Counted from the first letter of the stretch, positions 1 to 10,255 are shown. The stretch is DNA of 64,000 bases from Pseudobacteriovorax sp. (GCA_050293845.1 JBNKNM010000013.1:1-64000); one strand, 5' to 3'. The notes: generated by a model from the letters alone, not told the origin. A program made the numbers and translations.

Positions 1-151
1 GTTTTTGCCAGGCTTTGATAAAGATATCTTGGATAAGATCTTCAGCCGTGCTGTCGGTAAACTTAAATCCTCGCACAATCGAGGCAACCAAACCGTAGTA
101 TTTTCGATATATATCATCGAAGCTTCCTAGCTGGCTAACGTACATTGTCAT
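1..151 (-). CDS. ECF-type RNA polymerase sigma factor, N-terminal part (runs off the window start)
   Basis: Not in the ORF track. Manual translation gives MTMYVSQLGSFDDIYRKYYGLVASIVRGFKFTDSTAEDLIQDIFIKAWQK, with the sigma-70 region 2 ECF motif AEDLxQDxFIKAW. Confidence 0.85.
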   Translation of the reverse strand, partial: MTMYVSQLGSFDDIYRKYYGLVASIVRGFKFTDSTAEDLIQDIFIKAWQK

Positions 152-217
152 ATTTCTACCCTTAAATAGATCTGCTAAACTCAGAAAGTACAGCTGAGTT
201 TATTTCAGGCGTAACTA

Positions 218-234
218 AGCAAAGCTTATGCCAG
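218..234 (-). promoter_or_regulatory. Sigma54 (-24/-12) promoter of the ECF sigma gene
   Basis: Minus strand CTGGCATAAGCTTTGCT is TGGCA-N6-TTGC with GG-N10-GC spacing, about 65 nt upstream of the ATG. Confidence 0.75.
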
Positions 235-473
235 CTTTGTTAAAATTTTTAAAAAATTTTTTTATACTGTTTTTATAGGGAAAAACGAGAAAGCAAAAAG
301 TTTAAATAAGTTATTATGACATATCAATGAAATAGGTCTGCTAAAAGTCAGCAACTTTCTGCCAAAATTCATCCATTTTTGGGAAGTGAGTGCAATCTGA
401 TATAAATAAGAAAATTGCTGTGGGAATTTTTAAAATATTTTTTACATAGCGACCAAAGATCTTCAATTTTTCC

Positions 474-1559
474 TCAGGATGATAAATCACCCTCTCCCAT
501 CAGCTTCTTGAGAACCGGAATAATTTTTTCTCTAGCATCTTCCTGCAACGAGGAGCGACGTTGGGCCTGCTGTAACGAATCCTTGTTTTGTACTAAAGCC
601 TCAATACCTTGGCTCAAGGACTCAGGAGTCAGATCAGTTTCCAGGAGCAATTCTGCAAGCCCCAAGCTTTGAAAGCACTGGGCATTATCCACCTGATCAC
701 CGCGGCTGCCGATCTGTAAAGGTATAAGAAGCATAGGCTTAGTTAAGGCCAAAAACTCAAAAATAGAGTTAGCCCCCGCTCTCGCCACCACATAGTCGCT
801 CATGGCAAAAACATGAGCCAGCTCCTCGCCAATAAATTCAAAACTACGGTAATTTTCATGCTCAAAATCGATCGCCTTACCCTTTCCTGTAATATGAACC
901 ACACGAAAGTGGCTCAGAAGCTGGGGTAAAATGGATTTTAAGGCATCATTAATACGCTGGGAGCCAATGGACCCACCCATTACTAAAATCACTGGTAGTT
1001 TGTCCGCTAATGAAAACTGACAAAACACCTCACCTTCGGCTTTTATACCTTCATATAGACTTTGGCGAACGGGAATTCCCGTAAGCAGGAATTTTTTTGC
1101 ATCTACAAATGCCACAGTTTTCGGAAAAGCACAAAACAGCTTACAAGCGAAAGGACTAATGAGCTTATTAGCTAATCCTGGAGTCAGATCCGACTCGTGA
1201 GATACTACGGGAATGCGCTGCAACCATGCCGCCACTGCCACAGGAAAGCTAACAAATCCTCCTTTGCTAAAAACCAGATTTGGTTTGATTTTGCGAAGCT
1301 TCCACCAGGCCTGACCCAGGCCCCAAATAACTCTAAATATATCGACAATATTGTCTTTAGAAAGGTACCGTCGCAACTTCCCCGTTGCGATTTGGTGATA
1401 GGGTATCTCATAGTTAGCAATGATAGACTTTTCGATACCCTGAGAACCCATGTAATGAACTTGCCAACCAAGTTTTTTGTAGTCATCCAGCATAGCTATG
1501 TGGGGCATGACATGACCTGCGGTGCCTCCCCCAGTTAAAACAATAGTTTTCCTATTCAT
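474..1559 (-). CDS. murG: UDP-GlcNAc:lipid I N-acetylglucosaminyltransferase
   Basis: GGGTAGHV, SKGGFVS, HESD, GGSIGS and RGDQVDNA motifs. Confidence 0.95.
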   Translation of the reverse strand: MNRKTIVLTGGGTAGHVMPHIAMLDDYKKLGWQVHYMGSQGIEKSIIANYEIPYHQIATGKLRRYLSKDNIVDIFRVIWGLGQAWWKLRKIKPNLVFSKGGFVSFPVAVAAWLQRIPVVSHESDLTPGLANKLISPFACKLFCAFPKTVAFVDAKKFLLTGIPVRQSLYEGIKAEGEVFCQFSLADKLPVILVMGGSIGSQRINDALKSILPQLLSHFRVVHITGKGKAIDFEHENYRSFEFIGEELAHVFAMSDYVVARAGANSIFEFLALTKPMLLIPLQIGSRGDQVDNAQCFQSLGLAELLLETDLTPESLSQGIEALVQNKDSLQQAQRRSSLQEDAREKIIPVLKKLMGEGDLSS

Positions 1560-2047
1560 TTATCAGGAACCTCTAAGGTTTTCAGATGTGGTATTTGGCA
1601 GGAAAGGGGGTAGAGTCGATTAATCGCCTCAATGACAATGCCTCTCTCAGCAACTAGCAGCTCATGTTCTTCATACAGCTCACTCAAAAAATCAATGGTT
1701 TCTTGTCTTGTAGGATCATAGAGAGCAATTTTCATTTTGTTTTCACTACCATGACGCCCCAAAGGAAAAACTCCAAATTTTCGTGCTGCAAAAAAATCGA
1801 TAGACTCATAACTCTCTGGCGTCATCTTCCTGTTAGCTATGGCATAGAGCCTTTGGAGATGGCTGCGGCTGGCGAGAATATCCGCCAGCTGAGCTTCTGT
1901 AAGCAAGTGGGTTTCTAAAATAGCTTCGAAGGCACTGATATTCCACTTTTCCTGAAAGTCTTGTAAAAGTGCTAAATTGGTTTTTGTAAGAGCTTTTTCT
2001 TCCTGTAAGAGAGACAGTAAAGTCAAATTATTTGTATTGGATTCCAT
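1556..2047 (-). CDS. Stand-alone T2SSE_N/MshEN-like domain protein
   Basis: Helical pattern (LLTEAQLADILA) followed by ARKFGVFPL and IALYDP, typical of the N-terminal domain of PilB/GspE ATPases. There is no ATPase domain. The stop overlaps the murG start. Confidence 0.65.
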   Translation of the reverse strand: MESNTNNLTLLSLLQEEKALTKTNLALLQDFQEKWNISAFEAILETHLLTEAQLADILASRSHLQRLYAIANRKMTPESYESIDFFAARKFGVFPLGRHGSENKMKIALYDPTRQETIDFLSELYEEHELLVAERGIVIEAINRLYPLSCQIPHLKTLEVPDK

Positions 2048-2700
2048 TGGATGGATACTCCATTAGAAAAAGTCATTTTTGATTTATCACTACTGCTAAG
2101 ATAGCAGTATTCAAACTCATGACTCATCAGACCAAAAAACTGAGACCAGGCAATAGTAGCACAGAAATTAGCCTCTGCGTATTTAATACCATCCACTACA
2201 AGTTCAATATCGCGAGAAGAGTCCTTGATAAAAAGCGTGGCCTGATTTCCAGAAAGCTCCATTCCCGTTACCTTTTGTCGCCAAGCCTGAGGTAACTGTT
2301 GCTGCAAAAAACAAGGAATTTCATCGGCCAAGAGACCAGTAAAATGTCCATCGAAAAGCAGCTTACCTTCAGAGCCGATAGTCAGCTTACCCTTATCAAA
2401 AAACATCGATCTGGTTACCACCTGCTGCCGGGAAAGATTGGCATTAATGGAACCCATCGTTTGACCAAAGCCATTATAAGCTTCGATAGTCCACTCGTTA
2501 TTTTTCGCCAACCAATCTGCTTCCGATACGAAAATTAAGGCTCCATACTGCTCTGCCTTAATCAAGATACCTCCGTCTCCTGTACACTCACTAAACAATT
2601 GGTTGATTGCTTGGGGAAGTGGTTCGGACATATAATTTATGGTCTGACATGAGAGTGTAAATAATGACACAGCAAACCCCATGATCTTGCTATGACTCAT
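2023..2700 (-). CDS. Putative lipoprotein, possibly LolB-like
   Basis: Start moved to ATG 2700 (MSHSKIMGFAVSLFTLSC, lipobox TLSC) because the track ORF overlaps the TPR gene by 140 nt. The sequence is rich in beta-strand patterns. Confidence 0.6.
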   Translation of the reverse strand: MSHSKIMGFAVSLFTLSCQTINYMSEPLPQAINQLFSECTGDGGILIKAEQYGALIFVSEADWLAKNNEWTIEAYNGFGQTMGSINANLSRQQVVTRSMFFDKGKLTIGSEGKLLFDGHFTGLLADEIPCFLQQQLPQAWRQKVTGMELSGNQATLFIKDSSRDIELVVDGIKYAEANFCATIAWSQFFGLMSHEFEYCYLSSSDKSKMTFSNGVSIQWNPIQII

Positions 2701-4438
2701 GCTGTCTGGTTTCTTGAAACTTTTTAAAAATCCGTTCGCGGTCGCGGTCTTCGATTTTACCTTTAGTCGCTTTTTCATAGAACTCCTGCGCACGCTTGCG
2801 ATCACCAAGGGCTTTATATGTATCAGCAATATGCTCTAAAATCACGCCTTCATTGGGTACTAACTTTATGGCATCAGTCAAAACCTTAAGGGCTTTTTGG
2901 TATTCTTTCTTCTGAAAATAGACCCACCCTAGGGAATCAAGGTAATAGGCATCGCCAGGTTTCAGCTCTAAGGCCCTTTTTACCAGAGTCTCAGCCTGAT
3001 CCAACTTGATCCCCCTTTCAGCATACAGATATCCCAGATAGTTATGAGCCCCAGCATGATGGCTATCAATAGCGATTATATGCTTCATTATATCCATGCA
3101 CGCCGTAATATTTCCTTCCTTCTCATAGTTAATACCAAGTAGAAACCAGATATCGGTTCGATCTTTGTACGTTTTAGAGCCTTGTTCTAGTGTTGCAATA
3201 GCATCTTTATAACGCTTTAAATCTGCATATATATTTGCCAAAAGGATAATAAAGTCAGGAACATTTTCATGTTTCTGCGCAATTTCTTCCTTAGCTAGGG
3301 AGATAGCCGCTTCGTATTCTTTCTTGAAGCGCAACACCAGGATAGAGCGATATTTTCCATGAATGAAGAATGGTGACTGAGGGTCGATTTGCTGATAGAA
3401 ATAAAGCGAACGATCAAATTTTTTTACTTTTTCGGCTCCAAGACCTGCCATATATGCTATTCTAGAGTGATCCTTACGGATTTCATACAGTTTCTCTAAA
3501 AGATCTGCAGCTACTTCGAACCGTTGTAGCTCCCAGTTAATAAAAACGATCTGTAGGTCGATGCCGTACGAACTCACCCCTTTTGAGCTACGCTTCACCT
3601 CCGCTAATAATTCCAGAGCTTCTTCCAAGCTACCAATTTGCTTATACAAACTAACCATTCTTCCAATCAGATCCTCGTTATTTGGATTTAGCCGGAAAAT
3701 GGTTTCATAGAGACCAACTGCTTTCTTAGACTTTCCATTCAATTCGAGTGTTAAAGCGTAAAGATGAACATATTCAGGAAAGCTGCTATGCAGATCGTAT
3801 GCTTTTTTAGATACTTTAAGGGCCGCTTTATAGCGTCTTTTTGAGAGGTAGAGCTTCGCCAGCACCGCCCAACCCTCAGCAAAACTACTATCCTTAGTAA
3901 CCATTTCCTGGGCAATGATAATAGCCTCGTCAATTTTGCCAATGGAACGATTTGCTTGGATAAGTCCGAGATAAGCATCCACGCGATTTTCGTCCAGGAC
4001 CAACACCCTAGTGAATTGTTTAATAGCGCTGGTGAAGGCTTTGCGTGCCATGAGTAATTGGCCATACAGCATGTTAATATCGGCATCTTTCGGGTAAAGG
4101 AGAATCATTTTTTTACATAAGGTAAAAGCTTCATGCGGCTTTAGATAGGCCATCCCCGTCACCAATTTTGCGGCTAAATAGGGATTGGGATCTAGGTTAT
4201 AGGCAGCATTAAGGAACTTCACAGAATTGACCCGATCTTTTTTATGCTGAAAATCCTCAGCTAGCATAAAGTAATAGTGAGCATTTGCTTTTCTTTGTTC
4301 AGGGGACCACAAATCTTTACCGCTAGTATCCAGATGATCTTCAGGAAGGGGCTCTAGGGGCACATCTTCGATTGTTTGTTTTGTCTGGCAGGATATAAAA
4401 GCACAGATAAATAAGAAACAGAAGATCCTATGAGCCAT
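2690..4438 (-). CDS. TPR-repeat lipoprotein
   Basis: Lipobox FISC, many TPR repeats, and the C-terminal AHNYLGYLYAERG...DSLGWVYF signature. Confidence 0.9.
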   Translation of the reverse strand: MAHRIFCFLFICAFISCQTKQTIEDVPLEPLPEDHLDTSGKDLWSPEQRKANAHYYFMLAEDFQHKKDRVNSVKFLNAAYNLDPNPYLAAKLVTGMAYLKPHEAFTLCKKMILLYPKDADINMLYGQLLMARKAFTSAIKQFTRVLVLDENRVDAYLGLIQANRSIGKIDEAIIIAQEMVTKDSSFAEGWAVLAKLYLSKRRYKAALKVSKKAYDLHSSFPEYVHLYALTLELNGKSKKAVGLYETIFRLNPNNEDLIGRMVSLYKQIGSLEEALELLAEVKRSSKGVSSYGIDLQIVFINWELQRFEVAADLLEKLYEIRKDHSRIAYMAGLGAEKVKKFDRSLYFYQQIDPQSPFFIHGKYRSILVLRFKKEYEAAISLAKEEIAQKHENVPDFIILLANIYADLKRYKDAIATLEQGSKTYKDRTDIWFLLGINYEKEGNITACMDIMKHIIAIDSHHAGAHNYLGYLYAERGIKLDQAETLVKRALELKPGDAYYLDSLGWVYFQKKEYQKALKVLTDAIKLVPNEGVILEHIADTYKALGDRKRAQEFYEKATKGKIEDRDRERIFKKFQETRQHES

Positions 4439-4518
4439 GACAACCTCACGCGGTAAGACAAGTGATTTGGGCTTCCTAATAGGTTATCAGAGGTTAGGTT
4501 TTTCGGAAAGTTTAGGGA

Positions 4519-5319
4519 CTACACCATAAATCGAAACGATGGTATTTGTTGTAAAAACAAATTAATATCCTGGGGAGGTGGGTCATAGAACACCCTGATG
4601 AGGCTCAAACCTTGTGCTGGTGCCGTACGACCTGCTGCAGAACGATTTTTTGCTGCAAACACCCGCGCAACGTCCCCAGTATTAAGCTTTCCCAGCCCAA
4701 TATCGACAAGGGTGCCCATAATATTTCGCACCATCTGCTTTAAAAAGCCTTCCCCCAGTATAAACACATGAAGGTAATCCCCCTCCTGGTAGGCGTAGGT
4801 TTGTAGGATATTGCGATGAAATGTTTTAGCGGAGGAATCCTTGGCACAAAAACTTGTGAAATCATGCACTCCCTTAAACTTAGGCAATACCGCGATAACT
4901 TTGGCCACATCCAAACCGTAGACACTCCAGATGTAGTCTTTAATAAAAGGGCTAGCTGCACTATGGAGCCCCAAGGTATAGCGATATAGTTTGGCTGTCG
5001 CACTACGGATCGGATGAAAGTCCCTAGCCACCTCCCCACAGCGGTAGATACGAATCCCCTGGGGCAGGATAGCATTTATACTACGCATAAACGTTCTAGT
5101 ATTTAAGGTAACAGGGCCCTGAAAAGTAGCAACTTGATGTTCTGCGTGCACTCCACTATCGGTCCTCGAGGAACCAATGACCCCTACCTCCTGCCGTAAC
5201 ACGACAGACAAGGCATGACAGAGATGATCTTGTATACTATTTTTTTCGGGCTGGGTCTGCCAGCCCTGAAAACCAGTCCCAATATAGGCTAGGTCTAAGC
5301 GATACAGCTTCTCTTTCAT
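4519..5319 (-). CDS. truA: tRNA pseudouridine(38-40) synthase
   Basis: FQGWQ, SSRTDSGVHA, GxHDFTSF, FLKQMVRNIMG and TAPAQGL motifs. Confidence 0.95.
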   Translation of the reverse strand: MKEKLYRLDLAYIGTGFQGWQTQPEKNSIQDHLCHALSVVLRQEVGVIGSSRTDSGVHAEHQVATFQGPVTLNTRTFMRSINAILPQGIRIYRCGEVARDFHPIRSATAKLYRYTLGLHSAASPFIKDYIWSVYGLDVAKVIAVLPKFKGVHDFTSFCAKDSSAKTFHRNILQTYAYQEGDYLHVFILGEGFLKQMVRNIMGTLVDIGLGKLNTGDVARVFAAKNRSAAGRTAPAQGLSLIRVFYDPPPQDINLFLQQIPSFRFMV

Positions 5320-6110
5320 CGTCGTGTTTCAAAGGTAAACATCAACCCCATCATACTGCGATCGTAAATTCCCACCTTATTTTTGCGGGTTGCAACCGTT
5401 TGAAAATAGGGAGTTAAATAGATAGATTCGATACCGTAAACCCGTAAGGAGTAAGCATCACGTGGACTTAGCGCACTGATATCAAAAGACAAAGAAGCTC
5501 CTATGACTTGCTCTCGATTCCAGCCAGAATTTAGATATGGCTTGACATCTGCCTGATCGGCGTCGTCCCCTAAATCGGCTTTCGTGGTGTTTTCTATATA
5601 AGTTAAGCCAAACCCGCCCCACAAATTTGCGACTACCCAACGTGCTGCAAATGGTGAAAAGCCCAGAGAGATGACTCCTTGTAAGGGAACTATAGTTAAC
5701 ACGCTCTTTTGACTATGGTCCACCTCAGCCTCTGTTATGTCTCTATTAAGACCACCACCACCCAGCACTAGATCTGTGCTGCGGATTGCGCTATGGCCAG
5801 TATCGCGGTAATAACCCACATGCATTCCAAAAGATATATCAAACCCCCAGCCAAGATTGAAAGGTGAGTACTCTCCCCAAAACTCAGGATAGATGCTGGG
5901 CGAACCAAATAATTTCTCGTAATGGTTGTATTCATTACCAATTTTACTGATATAAGCTAAACCTAAGCCAAAATGATAGGCTCTTTTTTTGGCTTGTTCA
6001 TCGGCTTCCCTAGTATCTTCATTTTGCAAAGGTATACCCGTTTTGGCTTTGAGTACCTGAGTCCAAAGACATAAATACGATAGGTGCAACAAAATAAGGA
6101 TAAATTTCAT
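5316..6110 (-). CDS. Hypothetical secreted or outer-membrane beta-barrel-like protein
   Basis: Signal peptide, alternating aromatic/Gly strands, C-terminal GLMFTFE. Confidence 0.55.
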   Translation of the reverse strand: MKFILILLHLSYLCLWTQVLKAKTGIPLQNEDTREADEQAKKRAYHFGLGLAYISKIGNEYNHYEKLFGSPSIYPEFWGEYSPFNLGWGFDISFGMHVGYYRDTGHSAIRSTDLVLGGGGLNRDITEAEVDHSQKSVLTIVPLQGVISLGFSPFAARWVVANLWGGFGLTYIENTTKADLGDDADQADVKPYLNSGWNREQVIGASLSFDISALSPRDAYSLRVYGIESIYLTPYFQTVATRKNKVGIYDRSMMGLMFTFETRR

Positions 6111-6117
6111 AGGTCTC

Positions 6118-6963
6118 TCATCGGTTTTGATTTCTTTCTATAAGGTCATCGCTACCTTGCTCGAAGATATCGTCATCATCCACAGGCTTTGTCCATCCAA
6201 ACATCCATTCCAAAGGTCCGCTAATGGCATAGCCGGTAAACAGAATGAAACCAAACAACTCCGGTTGATAAGCGATAAAAGCCATGCCGAGCACCCCAAT
6301 CACCAGGAATCGAAATGGTTTTACACCCTTAATTTTAATAGTTTTATGAGAGCGATAAGGCACGTTAGTGACCATAGCTAAAGCTAGCCCCACACCGGCC
6401 AAAGCAAAGAACCATATTCTAAAGTTGCGCGCCGTGAGCAGATCGTGAAACCATCTAACGATCCAGTAGTCATCTGGTTGGGACTCAATGCCGCTCCAGG
6501 AGGCCACAAAGCATGCTATCACCGCTGCCGCCATAGGGATCGGCAAGCCCGTAAAGTCCCCCGAAGCTTGGCCGATGGATGATTGCACATTAAACCGTGC
6601 CAAACGCAAAGCACCACAGGCCAAAAACAAAAAGCAAATAATCCAGCCTAAGCGCCCCAGAGAATCCAATCCACCTTTGTACATGATAAAGGCAGGTGCC
6701 ACTCCAAAAGATACTAAATCGCAAAGGGAGTCATACTGAACCCCAAATTCACTGGTTCCCCCCGTTAGTCTGGCAACCCTACCATCGGCCATATCAAAAA
6801 CCGCTGCGAGGAGAATCGCAATGGAAGCGACAAAAAAATCTCCTTGCAAGCATTTAATGATCGCAAAGAATCCAAAGAATAAATTACCTGTGGTCACAAG
6901 ATTAGGGAGAATATAAACAGCACCGCCTAATCTTTTCTTTGTTACAGCTTCTTTTAACTTCAT
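6118..6963 (-). CDS. pssA: CDP-diacylglycerol--serine O-phosphatidyltransferase
   Basis: LPNLVTTGN, DxxDGxxAR...G...DSLCD, RLARFN and FTGLPIP motifs. Confidence 0.93.
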   Translation of the reverse strand: MKLKEAVTKKRLGGAVYILPNLVTTGNLFFGFFAIIKCLQGDFFVASIAILLAAVFDMADGRVARLTGGTSEFGVQYDSLCDLVSFGVAPAFIMYKGGLDSLGRLGWIICFLFLACGALRLARFNVQSSIGQASGDFTGLPIPMAAAVIACFVASWSGIESQPDDYWIVRWFHDLLTARNFRIWFFALAGVGLALAMVTNVPYRSHKTIKIKGVKPFRFLVIGVLGMAFIAYQPELFGFILFTGYAISGPLEWMFGWTKPVDDDDIFEQGSDDLIERNQNR

Positions 6964-6964
6964 G

Positions 6965-7690
6965 TTACGTGCGCCTCTTTTTCTCTATCGCCTCTTCAGG
7001 GGCGGACTTACGAATATAACGAGGTTGTGGTACGGCAGGGTGCAAGGAATCTTTGTGATCACGAAAGTAGTTTAACATTCCGTGTATAATCATTCCTCCA
7101 TAAACGCCTAATTCGTTGCGGTTGAACCCTATAGCCTGAGAGGAGAAAAAATCTTCTGCAATGCGCCAGGATTGTAGCACCTCTATCCGATGGCCTTCCT
7201 GGGTAGTATAAGGTAAGCACTGCCTTGTATTTTCTGCAATCATTGTCAGAGAATTATGTTCATACTCTACAGAATAAATGGCGGTACCCGACGTCTCCCA
7301 TCTTGCCAGATAGCCCTGAGTTTTGGTAGCTGGTAAAAACCACTCGACAGCAGGGTTACAGTACGCCAAGGATTCCATTCCTGAAATCCCCCAAATCATG
7401 CAGTTCTTTAAACCTGCAAAGAGGCCGGTAGTAAAGGAGAGTCCTACTTTTATCCCCGTAAAAGAACCAGGCCCTGTATCAACTAAGACATGGGAAATTT
7501 CAGCCAAGTGAGAACCGGACACGCTCAGTACCGACTCCAGCAATCCCGGCAGACGAGCTGCTGCAACTTGGTTAGAAAAAAAATGAGCCACCGCTAGCAG
7601 CTCATAGGAACCCTCACTCCAGCTCGCTAGAGCGATAGAAGCCCCTTTAAAGCTTGTATTAATAACAAGTATCGATTCTGTTTTTTTCAT
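6965..7690 (-). CDS. tsaB: tRNA threonylcarbamoyladenosine biosynthesis protein TsaB
   Basis: ILVINTS, GPGSFTGIKVG and C-terminal PRYIR. The middle is divergent. Confidence 0.82.
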   Translation of the reverse strand: MKKTESILVINTSFKGASIALASWSEGSYELLAVAHFFSNQVAAARLPGLLESVLSVSGSHLAEISHVLVDTGPGSFTGIKVGLSFTTGLFAGLKNCMIWGISGMESLAYCNPAVEWFLPATKTQGYLARWETSGTAIYSVEYEHNSLTMIAENTRQCLPYTTQEGHRIEVLQSWRIAEDFFSSQAIGFNRNELGVYGGMIIHGMLNYFRDHKDSLHPAVPQPRYIRKSAPEEAIEKKRRT

Positions 7691-7701
7691 AAAACATCTT
7701 A

Positions 7702-9384
7702 TTAGAATAGAGTTGAGAAACCTTGCATCATGGATGCCCAGAAACGTCCCAGATCGTTATAAGTCACCATAGCGATCAGGGCGAGTATCATAACAAACCC
7801 AATTTTCTGGAATCCTTCAATAGCAGACTCTGGAAGAGGTTTGCGTGCAATACCCTCAGCTCCGATTAACAACAACTGTCCGCCATCAAGGATGGGAATG
7901 GGGATGAGATTAAGCAGTCCCAAATTAATACTGATTAAGGCCAGGATGTTTAAAAACGGCAAGAACCCCAGCTTAACGGAGTCGGAAGCCACTTTTGCAA
8001 TGGCGATTGGGCCCCCCAATGCTTTCAACGGCATATCACCCGTGAACAGTCCGATCACTGCTCCTGCTATCATACTTGACTTACTGAACGTTTCACTGAT
8101 GCCAAAATTTACAGCAGCAATGGGATTGGTATACCTTTCTTCGATCAGTTCCCCTTGTTCCAAGCTTCCTAAAAATGTCACTGCAAGGGTATAAATGGTT
8201 ACCTTTCCTTCTATTTTTTGCACATCAACAGGTTTCAACTGAGGTTTTACTACCATGGTTTCCCCGTTGCGAATAATGGTCAAGCGCACCTCAGGTAAGC
8301 GATTGTCCACAATGATCTCATTTAAGCCAAAAATAGTACCAATCGGTTGATCGTTCCAGGAAACCAAATAGTCACCTCGTTGCAAAACCGATGACTCTTT
8401 ATCTGGGTCATCAATCGTGAGCTGGCTATCAGATAAGCCCAACTTTCCTACCAATTCCGAGCTATTTTCAAATGAGATGCCAGAGATATCGATCGCAATA
8501 TCCTTTATCTCTGGCTGGGCTGCACTATCTCCATTCTGGGAAGGCAGGGATTCCACAGAAAAGACTAGCTCCGTCTGCGGTGTTTTTACAGGCTGATTCA
8601 GTATTTCAAGCATTTGTCGGTAGTATTTCAACGGAGCAGATACCCCGTTCCAGGTGATAGATTTAACCCTATCTCCCGTTTTTAGGCCTGCTGCCGCAGC
8701 GGGCCCCTTCTCAATGACTGTTAAGATGGGAGGAATAAAGTTAGGTGAAATTCCAATACGGCCCTTTGTTTTCGCCAGGTTTTTATCCTCAATCGCTTCA
8801 GGAACAATAGTAAGGTCGGCATTGCTACCATTACTTCTCTTCACTTTTACCTGGAGCTTTGCCATAGGATTTTCGGAAATGACACGCTCTAAATCGCGCC
8901 AGTACCTTATAGGTTCCCCGTTAACAGCAGTGATAACATCCATAAACTGGAGACCTGACTTTTCGGCTGGACTCCCTGGCATGATTTCGCCCACGATCGC
9001 CTTGGGATGTTGCATCCCTATCATTCCAATCAGGGCAAAAGCGACTACGCCCAGCAAAAAGTTTGCAATAGGACCTGCGGCAATAGTTGCTAACCTGGCA
9101 AGTAGGGGAGCGCGATAAAACTCTCTCCCCTTAATATGCTCAGGTACTGGTTCCGATGGCACCATGCCGTAAAATTTAACGAAACCACCCAATGGAATAA
9201 TGCTAATGCGGTAATTTGTCTTGTTACGATTGAAATTAAACAAAGAAGGCCCAAAACCAATGGAGAAAATCTCAACGGGAATACCGCAAAGTTTTCCAAC
9301 CAAAAAATGGCCGGCCTCATGAACAAAAACCAATATCCCTAGGAATATTACAGTCGCCACTACAGGGTTAGATAGAATTTCCAT
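7702..9384 (-). CDS. rseP: RIP metalloprotease RseP with multiple PDZ domains
   Basis: HEAGH, IPLGGFV, AGPIAN and NLIPIPILDGG motifs. Confidence 0.95.
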   Translation of the reverse strand: MEILSNPVVATVIFLGILVFVHEAGHFLVGKLCGIPVEIFSIGFGPSLFNFNRNKTNYRISIIPLGGFVKFYGMVPSEPVPEHIKGREFYRAPLLARLATIAAGPIANFLLGVVAFALIGMIGMQHPKAIVGEIMPGSPAEKSGLQFMDVITAVNGEPIRYWRDLERVISENPMAKLQVKVKRSNGSNADLTIVPEAIEDKNLAKTKGRIGISPNFIPPILTVIEKGPAAAAGLKTGDRVKSITWNGVSAPLKYYRQMLEILNQPVKTPQTELVFSVESLPSQNGDSAAQPEIKDIAIDISGISFENSSELVGKLGLSDSQLTIDDPDKESSVLQRGDYLVSWNDQPIGTIFGLNEIIVDNRLPEVRLTIIRNGETMVVKPQLKPVDVQKIEGKVTIYTLAVTFLGSLEQGELIEERYTNPIAAVNFGISETFSKSSMIAGAVIGLFTGDMPLKALGGPIAIAKVASDSVKLGFLPFLNILALISINLGLLNLIPIPILDGGQLLLIGAEGIARKPLPESAIEGFQKIGFVMILALIAMVTYNDLGRFWASMMQGFSTLF

Positions 9385-9400
9385 AAAGATGTGACCTCAC

Positions 9401-10255
9401 TTAACTTAGGTTATAGAGGATTAACCAAACGATGGGAGCAGCAAATAAGAGGCCATCAACCCGGTCTAAAAAGCCACCATGGCCCGGAAATAGTATCCCT
9501 GAGTCCTTTACTTGCGAAAACCTCTTAAAGGTGGATTCGACCAAATCACCCATTTGACCAAAGGCACCGCCAAGTATTCCAGATAGCAGAATAGCATCCC
9601 ATCCCCCGAGACTCAATCCATAGCTAAGGTTACAGACCACAGCCCCCAGGCAGCTAGCTAGCAAGCCCATCGCTGAACCTTCCCAAGTTTTTTTGGGAGA
9701 CATTCTAGGGGCTAATTTTCTCTTACCCCACTGTTTTCCGCCAAAGTAAGCTCCTGTATCACCTGCCCAGACTATAGTGCACAAAAAGATGATGTAGCGG
9801 GAGCCATCTGCAAATTTATGGGTTCCCATCAAATAGAGCTCCCAGGTAGCTAACCAGGGAAAAGACCCATAGACAACAGCAACTAACAGCGCTACAGTCC
9901 GGCCAAAAGCTAAGTCGTTGTCTGGAGCCAAAAAACAACCAAGAAGAATGCTTCCTAAAATTCCTGCAAGCACCATGCCACGCCCCCCCTCCGGTGAGTA
10001 TAGAGAGGAGCCGACAAAGATTAGACATGAAAGCCCCACAGCCGCAGGTACAATCCAACTAGGTGGCGTACTTTTAGCCGCATCTCCCTTAAAGATCCCC
10101 TCAAGTCGGGGCGCTAACATACTTGACATTTCAAATGCGCCCAACCCTACAAGCATCATAAAGAAAGGTATTAAGATCCAAATAGGGCTATAGATCATAA
10201 ACGCAAGAAAGGCAGGTAGAGCCAATGCCGCAGTTATCAGTCGTTGTTTAAGCAT
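9401..10255 (-). CDS. cdsA: Phosphatidate cytidylyltransferase
   Basis: SPKKTWEG, GDLVESTFKR...KDSG...PGHGGFLDRVD. Confidence 0.95.
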   Translation of the reverse strand: MLKQRLITAALALPAFLAFMIYSPIWILIPFFMMLVGLGAFEMSSMLAPRLEGIFKGDAAKSTPPSWIVPAAVGLSCLIFVGSSLYSPEGGRGMVLAGILGSILLGCFLAPDNDLAFGRTVALLVAVVYGSFPWLATWELYLMGTHKFADGSRYIIFLCTIVWAGDTGAYFGGKQWGKRKLAPRMSPKKTWEGSAMGLLASCLGAVVCNLSYGLSLGGWDAILLSGILGGAFGQMGDLVESTFKRFSQVKDSGILFPGHGGFLDRVDGLLFAAPIVWLILYNLS

